Origin: Trichoplax adhaerens | Taxonomy: Eukaryota > Animalia > Placozoa | Assembly (NCBI RefSeq): GCF_000150275.1 | Contig: NW_002060977.1 | Coordinates: forward strand, 348,288-412,287 | DNA: 64,000 nucleotides | Direction: 5' to 3' | Part shown: positions 13,525 to 28,500 of the stretch, piece after piece | How positions within the stretch are numbered: position 1 is the first letter of the stretch | Layout of the letters: each line of letters starts with the position of its first letter | Translations under genes and position numbers: made by a program | Notes under the pieces: model-generated | The model's input: only the letters and a program-made list of their open reading frames with translations | Database searches by the model: none | Told to the model about the DNA's origin: nothing

Positions 13525-16500
13525 TCACTTATGGTCACGACCAGTGCAAGTCAGTTTCCACGAATAAAAATAAATGCTGCAGAGATGGAAATAATTTAAT
13601 ATGTCAGAATATTCTACCTTTGAACAATTCTGATGCAGGAAGAAATATCTCTAACGCGGATACCTTACTTCATTTGTAAGTTTTTAGATACACAAGTTTA
13701 TCAGCGAACATTTAAATACGCTTAGCAAGAATGTTCAGGCATAGTTTAAGTAATTTTTTACCTTGTTTTTAATATAATAATCTTTCAGTATTATATAGCT
13801 AGAGTATATTATGCAATACCAGATGGAAATACCATTAATTCTAGTGTCAAACATTACTACGTTTTTTTATCCTTTTGTTGTGATAGTCTAAAATTACTCG
13901 TTGGCTTTGCTAAATATGAAATTACATTCCGTGAACAATTAAATTACTTAATGATATTAAACCTATAACTTACATCTAGAATGATTCAGAATGTGAAATT
14001 AAACTATTTGGATACGATCAGTTCCTGTCACTGCTATCAATCTATGTAAGTATTAATACTGTTTTCGTATGTTTGATGCCACGGAAAATGCAACGGTAAT
14101 TGCAATACTGCATTTGCTCTAAATTTCAGAACTCCGATTTGTACTGCTGATTACTATATAATGACTGCTTAAAATTTAATAATATTTAATAAATTTTCTT
14201 CATAATCCAATCTTCATGTTGACGTAGCATGTTCCGCAAAATTGATGTCAACATTATTGATGGCAAAGCTTTTGACAAATGCACGAACTTAAAATCTTTG
14301 TAAGTCATTAATTGCCCAATCCACTTTAGTAAATATTAATAGTTATATCGTACTTCAGTATAGGTGGAAAAGTGTTACTTGATGACAAATGCTATTTAAT
14401 TGCATTTCAATTGATATTCAGCTCTCCTTCGTTCTGTCACTAGAAAATTTCGATATTCTAGAATTAATAGCATATTAGCTAACACATTCTCATCCATCTT
14501 AAGCCTACAATCATTGTAAGTAGAAGGTATCCTAGCGAAATCAGGTCTACTTGAAATCTAAATATCATGAATAAAACATTTAGTTTATTAATAATAGACA
14601 TGCAATTTAAATTACATAATCACATCAATTTTCAAAGTTATAGCAGTTTAAAATCAAGTAAAAGGCAAGCGTATACGATGTTGCATAGATAAATTGTACT
14701 AATCTCTTACCTTTAAATTTTAGAGAATTAATTGATGTTCGTATTGGTAACGAAATAACGCTAGCTTTCGATAATTTAGCAAATCTTACCAACATGTAAG
14801 ANNNNNNNNNNNNNNNNNNNNNNNNNNNNNNNNNNNNNNNNNNNNNNNNNNNNNNNNNNNNNNNNNNNNNNNNNNNNNNNNNNNNNNNNNNNNNNNNNNN
14901 NNNNNNNNNNNNNNNNNNNNNNNNNNNNNNNNNNNNNNNNNNNNNNNNNNNNNNNNNNNNNNNNNNNNNNNNNNNNNNNNNNNNNNNNNNNNNNNNNNNN
15001 NNNNNNNNNNNNNNNNNNNNNNNNNNNNNNNNNNNNNNNNNNNNNNNNNNNNNNNNNNNNNNNNNNNNNNNNNNNNNNNNNNNNNNNNNNNNNNNNNNNN
15101 NNNNNNNNNNNNNNNNNNNNNNNNNNNNNNNNNNNNNNNNNNNNNNNNNNNNNNNNNNNNNNNNNNNNNNNNNNNNNNNNNNNNNNNNNNNNNATGAAAA
15201 GACAAGTTATAAACTACAAATGATCAAATACTGTCATAAGTATTCCTCATTCTAATAATGTGCCTCTCAAATCTCTAAAAAACACTCTTCTAAAAACTTT
15301 CTCAGCTATAAAGTTTTAATTCTGATAAATTGTACAATATATTTAAGTTGTAGATGATAAAACTGATTCTAGCCGGCGTAGTATGATCAGTGTAATGACT
15401 TTGTCTATCATAGAACTCCCTAGTATGTTATGATATATCAAGTTATAGCTGAGAATACCGCTACATTATTTAAATTCGGTCAACATCGACTTTAGTCAGG
15501 CTATCTGAAATAAAATTACACCTAGGCCTCAAGGAATAAGTATTATAAGATGTATTCCTTTAACTAATGAAAGCAACCTATATTCAATAACCTCACAAAA
15601 TCTTAAATTTTAACCCGTTCATGGATGTAATACTAAGTGGATTGCTCCTGATCTCGTGTCTAACTGTAATCCAAACTTTAATGACACAATAGGATTTTAA
15701 ACTATAATAAAGTCTTAGATGGTAGAGGTGACATTCAGGATTTCTTTGACAATCACCTTCCAATGCTAAAGGAAATGTGAGTGTCATTATTTCCTGTCCT
15801 AGTTGAAATGATTAAGAAATCTTCAAGTTTGAATTATAAGCCATCAATAAACAAACCGCTGTTAAAGCATGTAATCTTCTGATGTTCTAGCGATCTGGGG
15901 TACTCTAATATTGAGAGTATTTACCCGAACAAGTTCAAGCACCTTTATGAAGTTCAACGTTTGTAAGTTGCCAATATGTTATTTACATCGTTATAATAAT
16001 TAAGTAGCTATAGATAAATAAAGCGACTTGAAAGAATTATTATTAGTACAAACTTTCAGTTCTCCAGTCTATCCTAGTTTTCAAGCTTGCAAATAAAATG
16101 AGTGGATGATCATTCATACTGTATCAATCGAATTTTAATTGCTACTTTGAATTCAGTAATTTAAGCTAATAGCATTTATCATTTATTCCCTTCAATTTAC
16201 TCATTGACAGTTTGCGTGAATGCCATGATTCGATGTTAAGACACTGCATTGTAAAGATTAGAATGTTAATGTTTATGATCATATTACAAACCAGCTCTGC
16301 GATAACATTTATGTAAAAACAAATTTCTAAATTTCTAAAGTTTTCGGGATTCAGTATCTCTTAACTACTCACAAGAACGAAGACGACTTTGCATCTACAT
16401 TACAAAACTAGAGAACCGATTTTATTCAATAGTCTGCTGAGCTTAAATATCTTTCGGCAGCCGCTAAAACATTAATGAATCATCTTACACCAATAATTAT

Positions 16501-19500
16501 CAATATGGATATCTACTGACTGATTTCACCTACAGTAATCGGACTATAGTATATCCTCTCATACAGTCTTTTCAATACACCTAGAATCTAACATTAGGCA
16601 GAATTTCAATAACAAGAGTTTGTACTGTATGCCATTACTATATAAGAATTGCATTGCAGTCTAACATATAATTTACTGTTACAAATTATAACTTCAGCGA
16701 TTCCTACTGTAAGTGATTATAATTACCATACAAAAATGTTAATTCACTAAATTTAGTCATTTATTTCTTCAAAGTAGTTCGAACCTTGACAAAGCCGGTA
16801 GATTTTACGTTAATTAGAGAACGTTCTATGTAAGGACATAATATAACCTAAGTATCTAGTCATTAGATATTAATATATTTAAATACCACTATCTTTATTA
16901 AATATTTGAATGTAAAATCGCCATCTAATTCATTGGAAAGCTTAACGCCTAGCTAACCAACTAGGACGCATGAACTATATAGAAGTGTTCAATCTATGCA
17001 AATCACGATCCATTGTATAATAACTAGACTTCTAAAGAATCAATATTTAACGTAGACGGAGTGGTATTTAAGTCATTCCTGTTTGTAGAGCAATAGTACT
17101 CCTGATAAAGCGAATATTATGCCCTAATACCTTGTATAGTAACATGACCTATAAATCGTAAACTACGTTACTTTATTGCAAAACAGTTTCTTGATTTTCC
17201 ACCATTGCACAAAAACGCTAGCATGAACAGGATGAACCCATTTTAATCTTTTCCAAAGGCATTCTACTAGTATGACTTTATGAATAAAAGTTCTAAGTCA
17301 CATTCATTTTACTTAAAGGTCCATTAGCCATAACATCATTAAGGAGTTGAAAAACAATGCATTCTTTCCATTTGCCAGTTTAGAAATATTGTAAGTTAAA
17401 ACCAAATTATATAGTAAATTAAATTTTCCCTAATAATATTCATTACATATGCTTATTTGATAAAACTGGTATAAATTGTATTAAAGAATGCAATAATATC
17501 AAGTCTTAAGTTTAATCATCATATTCTTCAAGGTTACTGTCAGTTCTTATTTCTTAAGTTAATGTAATTTCCTAACAGAGAACTACAGTGTAATGAAATA
17601 GCAACAATTGAAGCCGGAGCATTTAATGGACTGGATAATTTAAGGCATTTGTAAGCTTATAGATAATACAATGTATGATAACTCTCAGATCAACGCTGCC
17701 AAAGTGCAAATTCCTGGCGATTTAAAAATTTAGCAGCTCAAAATTACAGCTATGAATAGGACTCTAAGATAGTATTAAGTATAGCTAATCAAGGCTTTAA
17801 AATCATCTTATTTAATATCTAGAAATTTAGAATGGAATAAGATCGCGATTATGGAAATTAGCGTCTTGGACGTACTTCCAAATTTGATTACTTTGTAAGA
17901 AATTCAAAGTTCATCAGAATTTTCACTATTTTGCTCTATATTACGAGAGAATGGTCCACTAAAACCATTGCATTAGCTATAATTAAATTCTAATCAAAAT
18001 AATTACCAACTTGTATCTAGGAAAGGCAGCCACAACCAAGTAAAAAATTGGATAGTTCAGAATCAGACCGAATTAATGCATCTGTAAATAACTATTTATC
18101 AGATTGTTTTCTATTCCTCAAATTGAACTGTTTAAATCATCTACAAGTATTTCTAGTTGTATTAAATCTGTTTTTTCTAATTCTCCAATAATTCTAATCC
18201 CAAATGATTCAGAGTAAAACAATTCATTAGAGGGCTCTCATTAATAGAAGTCTTCAACTGCAGAATATAATCTCAAGTACAAAAGACAGATTACGTTACC
18301 TTAACTGCTCATATCCTTAGCCCTTTTACAACCCGAAGATCGTAACAAGAATTACTGAACAAAATCTCTTAACTTCTAGACTCAGTATAAGAACGAAAAT
18401 TCTACGATTACTATAGTTTCCTACGAAACTTAAAATGGAGTATCCTTTTGTATTAACAACATGACCATACTTGTATTTGTATTATTAGCTCCATAATATT
18501 GACCACGTTACTATAGCCTACGCGATAACACACAGTATCATATTACTCTAGTATTACATTTAATGCTGTCACTAGGCAATAGTTTAAACTCCTATCTGAT
18601 TAGTATCTAGAGATCTAAGATCGTATAACTCTACCTTTATTTTTAAAACTGATCCTCATTATATAGACCACAGAATACACATAAACATATTGTTTTAACT
18701 TAGATATCAAGAGGTATCATGACAAACACGAAGACATATACTCTTAGATAAATCTGATTCAGCATCACCTACTGTCTAAATTAACTATTCACGCCTTTGA
18801 AATTGCGCTTATCATTACAAAACTACGGTCAATACTTTATACCAAACTTGGTGTTCAAATCGAATAACATGAGCTATATATGTAACCTTTCTAAATATCT
18901 ACATATCCAATTGAATAACCTAACCTAAGAAAGTACTGTTTACCATATGTAACTTCACAAAATACGACAGATGCTGTGAACTTATTAGTACATTTCTGTT
19001 TACTGTTGCTAATCGAAATTTGTTACCGGAGAATTTAAAACCATTGATTGCCAATATACATTACCAGCCTACCACCAGGTCTGTCTTCCCTTGCATCTAC
19101 TTACAATATGGAAGTAAATATTAACGCTCTCTTCATTGTCAGAACATTACAGTAAACTATACGCCTCTTTAGACAATACTGAATCCAAAGTTCATATTAA
19201 GATCAACGTTATATAATTAATCTAAATAGCTATCCATTATCTTTACACACAAAAAATTATAAAATTAGCAGTTATCTATTATAAAATGTAAGGCATAATA
19301 GATAAAGAATTTTAATAAATTCCTACTTAATTAAACCATATTTTGAAAACTATGCTCTGCTGTAACTTCGCAACAATAACATAGTTACATGACCATTTTT
19401 GTATTTCCCCTACGAAATATAATGAGATTAATTTTATAATTTTTTTCCCTTAGAAACTTAGATCATAATCGTATCAATAATATCTTAAAAGATGATTTAA

Positions 19501-22500
19501 AGTATCTAGCCGGATTAATTAAAATGTAAGGGAGAATTTATTTCAATTTTTGCATAACTTTAATGCTACAGCAAATAAAATTGGGTAGCTTATGATTTTT
19601 TATTAGCAACCTAGCAGAAAATGAAATTAAAGAAATTAGCCAAGAAAGTTTTCAGAATCTTGTCGATGTAGTAGACATGTAAGAACCTACATAGTACTGC
19701 ATATGCCTACATTTCAACAAAAATTTATTTCATCTGCTGTAAACTTCAATATAATATTCAAAACTGATAACCTTTCGTCAATTAAGTAAGTTCTTTATCT
19801 AACGATTTACAGTTGTTTAAATGAAAACTCAATCAGTCGTTTAGATCAAAACATGTTTCATGATTTGCCGGAATTAAAATACCTGTAAGATATACCTGAT
19901 ATCATAATAAATATATAGTATCTATTTTAATACTTTGGCACAGATCTATAAACTAACTTTGATCATAATTTTATTAGCTGCAACCTTGTATATTGGCTTC
20001 ATAACGTAAAATTTATAAATATGTTTATCCATCAAAAGGCGACTAAACAGAAATAACATCAGCCTAATTACTAATCCATTCCGAAATTTGCCTAAATTAC
20101 ATTTATTGTACGGTTGACTTGTGAATAGAAATTTAAATCTTATTATGCAGAGCCTTTACTGCATTTTCCCATTTTTATTAATTTAGCTTCAATGTATCAA
20201 CTAATCAAATAACTTTCCATCATTATTTTTCTAGGGATTTAAGTTTCAATAAAATCGGTACTGATTTCATATCTAGCAGTGTCTTTCAGAATTTAACTTC
20301 CATTGAAATTTTGTAAGAGTTACTTAAATGATCTCTAAAAATATATCGTATTTTCATGCAAAAATGGTAAAATTAACAGTAAGATGTAAGATATTAGCTT
20401 AACCTTGTGAGTTTTTAATAAATTAAAAGTTTAATGCTTACATTAATATTTACATTAATGTACAAATAATCATGTTATGAGCTTAAGCTTGCTAATGATT
20501 TATTCTAGTTAAGTTGAAGCTCTAAAATATTTTAAATACAATTGCAGAAATTTGGAAAACAACCAGATTCGGGATTTAAAAACAATTTCCTTTCGAGACC
20601 TAATAAATCTACAAATTTTGTGAGAGAATGAAACCGGATATTTTGTATACTACTCATATAATTTACATTGATCTTAATTTATGAACGATAAAATGCAGAA
20701 CATACTTTTCTATACTTATACTTGGTAAAATTTTAGGTGTCTTCGTAACAATTTGGTATCGAAAATTCCGCCTTATACTTTTCAAGACCTAAGAAAGTTG
20801 CAAAAGCTGTGAGAAAGTTTCTCCTTTAAGTTATGATTAGCAACAGCCTTAACAAATGACTTTCTTAATACGTAATTCAAAGCAGTAAAGCTATAAATTA
20901 ATATTCTTATTGATATTTTAGGATTGTAAAATCTATTCGGGATTGAACAACTTAAGTGATATTATGACAATGATTGTATAATTATACAGGCAATTACAGC
21001 AAAATAATATCATATCATTGATAGAAAATCAACTTGAAGGTTTAAATAACCTGCAGATATTGTATGAATATTTTTATTGATAATTAAAATTTAACTCAAA
21101 TATAAATCAACAGTTATCATACAGCATATCATCAGGCCATTCTTATTCTAGAACATTAAATTAGCTAATGGATATATTTTTCTCTGAAGAAATTTAGGCA
21201 ACAATCCGCTAAATCACATTTCTGGAAATTCCTTAGCAAACTTAAGAAACTTAACATACCTGTAAGCATCTAAATTTTAGAACTTGTTTATAAAGTTATT
21301 AGTTTAGATATAAAAATCATATTCTAAGTTCTTTACTCTATAAACTTAACCAGTATATTTCATGCACATCGGTGATTTATCGGTAAGAACTTTAATTTAA
21401 TGTGATTGAAGCACCTATACTTAAAAGATAAAAAATAAGAATTTCAGTATCGAATTCTGATTAAAAGAGTAGGCATAAAGGGATAAAAGTCCGAAAACGA
21501 AAATTATAAAGTTGTAGAGAACTAGAACTTTATTAGAACAAAGACAAGCTACAAACGGCTCTACCCTAACACAATACAACTTCTGAGAGACTTCTAGAAA
21601 GAGCAATCAGATAATTTAATGTCTCCTGATATTATACTCTTGTTACAGTGTTAAATACTGTATTACAGTAGAAATAACTATGTTAGGATAATTCTGTTAG
21701 ACTATCCTTATTTAGTTAACTTCTAATTTGGATATACTGTATTTTAATATAGCACTGACTTTTTATGACAGTGACACTTATACACATACTGAAATTATAA
21801 TAGTTATAATAGGGAATGCAAATCATCTGCTTACAGTTCGAATCATTGTGATTGTAATTTACTTATGGTAGACTGTAAATTATCATAAATATGTTCCGTG
21901 ATAGGACATATCGTAATCTGACTATTCTGTATTAGTCATTACATGTCTATGTTCGTAAATACTGTTGTCTGCATTAAGGGAGCAGTAGCTAAAATTAATA
22001 TCTAATTCAGTAAATGATTCTAATGTTAATTGTATTAACTATGACTCATGAACTATTGAGGAATAGTATATAAATGCAGTATATCGTGAAATAAAGAAGA
22101 ATTGTCCAACTTAGTGTTTAACGTAAAATACGAGGCGTTTAAGTCTTTGTGTAGTCTGCTAGTAGAGCAAAAGTGTTTGTGATAGTGCAGATATCGTTCC
22201 TTGATACGTGGTTCAAGGAATTGACTTATTGATCGTATATTGCGTTATCTTGTTGCAAAGCTGTTTTGTGACAACTCTCCATGTCTTGCACAGCTGCAAT
22301 CAGCATGGCAGCATTCTATCATATTTTACACCTATTCAGCTTATTATTAGGCAAAATATTTTATTGCGAACCGTCATTAATCTAATATAAAAATGATTAC
22401 AGTATTTTAGTACACATTATTCCTACCACTCTAAGTACAATGAATTAAGGATATTCTAATAAAGGATTTACGATTCTATTTCTGCCATCTAACCTTATTA

Positions 22501-25500
22501 GTAGCTCATCATCTTACTGCATATAGCCATCTGTACTTTAGCATAGAGTCTATCCTTACAGTCTATAATTATGGGCTACTAAATATATCTTAAGATAAAT
22601 GTAGAAAAAGCACTACCGTACATCACACTAAATATGGCCAATAGTTTACAATCATAATACTTGGTTACTTTATACGTAGAAGATATATGCATAATAATTT
22701 CTGTAAGTAGATAGCCTAAATATTCAGCATGATAGTAAAAATCTCTTACATCATAAGTGGCAGAAGTTTTTCAAGATGTACATAATATTAAACGCTGGTG
22801 ATCTTATAATTTGGATAGAAATCTGATGGGAGCAAACTTGGTAAAGCTATTCCCATTCCCAGGACATGCTCTATCAAAAATGAAAATATTGTGAGTTTTT
22901 TGTCGAAAGCTAGCTTAAGCACTTGATTATATTCTATTTTCTGACAGTAAGAGCTTTTTAGGTCATGATAACACCTTAGAATCTTTAATATCACAAAACT
23001 TAGGCATTATAAAACCTCATATGACTACTTTCACAAATGATTGTAATTAATTAATCTGAACAAATGCGTTCGACTATCTTTTCATTAACACTAATAGAAA
23101 TCTGTCCAGAAATCTCTTTCGAAGCATTAGCTGGCAACCCCAAACCGAATATTTCAATTTTACATCTATGTAAGTCAAAGCATATATAGAAAGCATAAAA
23201 TTGTACTTGGTCTGCATTCTAGCTGTAGTTAAATATCGCTCAACAAAATCTAGTTTAAAAAAGTTTTAAATAAATAGAAACCGTAAGACTGTAAATTTTG
23301 TTTACTTTCAGAGATTTTTCCTACAATTCCATATCCAAGATTCAAAGTATTAATTCCGTCTACTTGGTAGAGTCATTGTAAGTAATCATTATAAAATCTG
23401 CTTTCGTTGAAGATAAAGATATAGCAATGTTATCTTAGTTTCCATACAATCATGCCGTTTGTAATTATTACACAGTAATTTATCATTCAACTACCTGACC
23501 CAATTATCCCACTTACGAATTCGAAATATATCACTAATCACAAATCTGTAAGTTTTCTGGGTATGAAAATAATCATGAGTATGCGTTACAATCATACCTT
23601 GATCTTGATTGAAACCAATTTAAATTGTTATCTTTGCTTAAAATTATTTTTCAACTATCAGATATATAAATTACAATTTTATTGCCAAAATTGGCATCCA
23701 TGATATGAAAGAATCGATGAATATAAATAACATAAAAAAGTTGTAAGTAAAATTTTCACTACGTATCATTTTTAGCCCCTAAAATTAAATATTATGCAAA
23801 AACACATACATTATTTGATAACATTTTATTTGGTTAATTAATACCTATCTTATATAATTACAGAGTCAATCAATATCAATTGACTTTAAAAAATTTTAAC
23901 TTCTATATACGAGACTTTCTAATCAAGCCTCAAATATGTTTTCAATTTCAGAGATATGTCGCATAATCGAATCTCTTCCATACATCTGCAAGCTTTTCAA
24001 TCAGCAAAACAATTGAAGGAAATGTATGTTAAGTGCGCTAGCTTATAAATTTTCAATGTTTCACGTCTTCATTTCCATATCATCATAACTACTAGCAGCA
24101 CTATTAAATTTACAAATTGCAAAAATGTGCTATAGCCATGTCTACAATGACACTAAAAAGGTTTAATGCTCGAATTCTTGCAAATATAGTTACCTTGATA
24201 CTAATTACCTAAGAAATTTGAAATTTACTTCTATGATGCCTAATGTAAAGGTTCTGTAAGTATCAACTCAAAAATAAATACTGAAGAAGCTAAGCATTCA
24301 GTTACAATATTCTTTTGACAGAGATGTATTTTAAATTTGAGTTATTCATGCATTCATAAATATCTGTAATCCATTTAATTATGGAAGAAACATATTTTAA
24401 ATTATTATTCAGCTACCTATAAAAACTGCAAAGTGCTCGAATGAAATAATATTGTAACCGCAGTCTTATAAAAATAATACCTGAAGTAACAATGCAGTCA
24501 AATTATGGAGGCATTTATTTTAAAAGTATTCAGTTTTCACAATGAGTCACGAGGCGATTTACGATTTAAGCCCATTATTAAAGTCTTTTATAAATTCTAG
24601 TTCAGCATCCTATAATCAATTAAGCCACTTTCAAAAATTCGAAAATCTGCATCAATTAGAGATTTTGTAAGTAATAAATCATTAAATAAATACCATTATG
24701 TAAGTAAATCGTACAAAAATTGTCAAAATATTAAAATATGGTTGCTGTTAATGTAAATGATGCATCTAAAAGGTTACTAATTATCAACTATCTTATAACC
24801 ATTCTAAGTCTCTTACACACAATTAAATTTTTACTTCAGAAACCTATCGTGCAATCCATTTCAGAAGTTCGAAGCTAAAGCATTATCGGGTCTTTCTAAT
24901 ATTATAGAATTGTAAGTAATGTAAATTTTCAAAAGTCCTTTAATAAGTTATTATGCAATTATTTGTAATACTGCTATCTTACAAATAGTTCAATCGAATC
25001 TATCTTCAAAGATGGTTTCGGCTATTTTTGTACCTTTTCAAGTGACAAATAGTAATCGAAATAAGTATTTCCTTTAAAATATTGCTTAATTGCTTAAATT
25101 ATTTCGTCTTGCAAACACAAACATCAACTTTAAATGAATTTCTGGAGCTATACTACATTCATTTAATTACAATATATTGGGCGTTTATATTTTCTCTCAC
25201 AGGCATTTGGAAAATATCAATTTGTATTCCTGGGATAATTTGTCCTTCAGTGGTTTATCAAAGTTATCAAAGCTGTAAGCTACTGATTATTTCACCTTTT
25301 TGCTTCAACTTATTGCTTCTTTTAGCTGTTCAAGCTAGTAGCTTTAACTAAATATTCCAAAACATTATACTTCTATTAGCGTCCTCAGTAAAAATCATTT
25401 AACTGTCGTCAAGAGCCAATCACTTGAAAATTTAAATACTTTACAAGAACTGTAAGTTATAGATTATCTATTTAGATATTTATGAATTTATTCTCTAATG

Positions 25501-28500
25501 TTTTATACAGCCATTTTACATTAGCAATCTTACGAATTAAATTTTTCGCAGAATTGTTGTTTCATACGATTATCAAAACTGAACTTTTCGTACATCTCAA
25601 CCATTATTAATATGAGAGTCATTCTATCCTTTTGAAATAATAGGGATCTGTCGAGTAACAATATCTCCTTCATACCTCAGGGTGCTTTCAACTCTTTAAC
25701 GAATTTACGTAAATTGTAAGCTTAATAGTAAGCTTAGGGCTATTTAATGGTTGTATATATAAATGAAATTAATACACTATCACCAAAAAGTGATGTATTA
25801 TCTTATAACATAGATGAACTATGAGCATATTATAGATAAAATTTAAAACGATAGCTTATAGGTAGCCTAGGATTGAGACGAAATTATCCTTGTAGTTTTC
25901 CACGAAATTTTAATAAAGCTCTGAAAAGTAGCTTAATAACGTCAACTATAAGATATATCGAAGCAGTTTAATAATCGACAAATCACCATTAATTCGTGAG
26001 CAATTGTTTTAAGCGAAGTTACCGCAAAAGCAATAATGTGTAATATTTATAATTTACTCTTAATTAATCTGGCAAATTCATCTTGTATTTTTAATTTATC
26101 AGAAGTAACCTTCTAATGCTAGTTTCTACAGTGATATATTAGGTACTATAACCATTTGACGATACGTCATATACTACTTTACTTCTTATTTCTCGTACAT
26201 TTTTAATAAACTTTACTAGCGTAATTAGCATAAATCATGACCACTTCTGTCACAAGACAGCTTTGCAACAAGATAACCTAACGTACGATCAATAAGCCAA
26301 TTCCTTGAACCACGTATCAAGGAACGATATCTGCACTATCAGAAACACTTTTGTTCTACTAGCAGACTACATAAAGACTTAAACGCCTCGTATTTTACGT
26401 TAAACACTAAGTTTAAGAATCCATTTTATTGCACGATATACTGTATTTATATACTATTCCTCAATAGTCCATGAGTCACAGTTAGTATGATTAACTTTAG
26501 AATCATTTACTGAATTAGATATTAATAGTAACTACTGCTCCCTAATGTAGACAACAGTAATTACGAACATAGACATCTGATGACTAATACAGAATAGTCA
26601 GATTACGATATGTCTTATCACGGAACATTTCCACGATAATTTACAATATACCATAAGTAAGTTAAAATCACAATGATTCGAACCGTAAGTAGATAATTTG
26701 CATTCCCTATTATAACTATTAATTCAGTATGTGTATATGCGTCTCTGTCATAAACAGTCAGTGCTATATTAAAACACAGTATATCCAAATTAGAAGTTAA
26801 CTAAATAAGGATAGGCTAACAGAATTATCTTAACATAGATATTTCTACTCTAATACAGTATATAACACTGTCGCAACTGCCTACAAACTGTATAAACCAG
26901 AATAAGTAATGGCTAAGCTATCCTATTACGTTATATTTTAGGCTCTAGGAAGCTAAAGGTTATCAATTTGTTAGAATAATATACTCATTGTAACATGTAG
27001 ATCCATCATTTAAATTCAATATACTTTGCGATTTACGGTGAATTAGTTTGGCAATAATGTACATCCTAAACCATATATTGATTACCGTACCATATCATTA
27101 CAATTGAATTAATATACGCACATCATATACAAGACCAATTTAAGATCAAATTTAACCCCAGATTTTAACAAGGCTATTTGAGAGTATCTTATATTACAAC
27201 AATAAGTAATTTCTTATTTGCAATGCAGTAGCATAACAAGCAATGTAGAGAGTATAACATATTTGTTCAGCTTAAATAATCGTTAACGATCAAAAGTACT
27301 AAAATTTCATCTTAAAATTTCCTTACAGAATAATTGCACAAAATTTGATAACGGAATTTGAATTTTATACCTTTAAGAACAACAACAAAATCGAGACAAT
27401 GTTAGAGAATCAATTACTATGACTATTCAAACAAATATTCTTTAAAATGTTATTTCCATCAAATTGCTACCTGTTTTATCTCGGATTTCTATAGGGATTT
27501 ACAATCCAATATGATTACAAATATAACGGAACAGGATGACGAGTTACCGAATTTAAAATCGCTGTAAATATTTAAATAACTTTGCATTCGACAACATACT
27601 TCTAGCTCACTAGTTTTATTCGTATGCTTCGTACAATTTGTTTAAATCTTTTTCTAATTACTTAATTAAAGTAAATCACCAGCTTTGCTATTTTAATTCT
27701 CAAATTCATAACGTGGTGTTTCGTATATAAATATAACCATTATTTATACCAATTAATATAGGAATCTAAACAAAAACTTGTTAGATAATGACATTGCAGA
27801 GAAATTAAAGAACGGGCATTTGAATAAATTGCATGAACTGTAAGTAGCTAAAATTTTCATAAAGTTCTTGTTCGACCTTTAGAATATAACTATGCTGCCA
27901 TAAAGATTTCATCGCGGATTATGAAATGTATATAAACGAGGCCGCACGCGAAATCGGTCATTTTGCAAAATGACTATAGGTAACAGTTTTTCCTTAAATT
28001 TTATAACATAAAATGTATTTTTTCATTTAGTCAAATAGCAGAGAACAACATTAGTGCATTACCTAAAGAATTCTTCTATTATCTGAAAGAAAGCACTAGA
28101 ATCTAGTAAGTGTTAGCATCATACCATTTCACGTTACCATTTACCTATAAACCATTAAATTTCGGCTTCTATATTTATTAAAATTTAGTATAAGATTCCT
28201 AAAACATGATTATTTTAAACTATTCTTTCTTGAATTCCTTTAGCAATTTGGGATTTAATAAATATCTAGAAACGCAAAATGTCTTAGAAGCGATTAATGA
28301 ATTTCTACCCTTGCTCCCTTATGAATGCGCAGCAGAAAATATATCACGTTGCCAATCATTTTCGATGTGAGTTAACCACTATTCATGACTGGTTGCACTT
28401 GCGGCCATGTATCAGAGATGCATTAGCTTTAAGTATCCATTTCCAAATGCCTGTTTTGGTCTAATAATAGATAACTGTTTATTTTAGTCTAAACTAAAAT

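Noticed and set aside
14786-15205. 139-aa ORF
   Set aside because: Artifact of the N gap.
21641-22273. Family A/B repeats as MITEs or DNA transposons
   Set aside because: Terminal inverted repeats are only about 7 bp (TGTTACA/TGTGACA), the TSDs are 5 bp, and the same end is PBS-adjacent at 34677; solo LTR fits better.
25082-25351. 89-aa + ORF
   Set aside because: Spans intron sequence and reads the true LRR exon (25203-25274) in a different frame.
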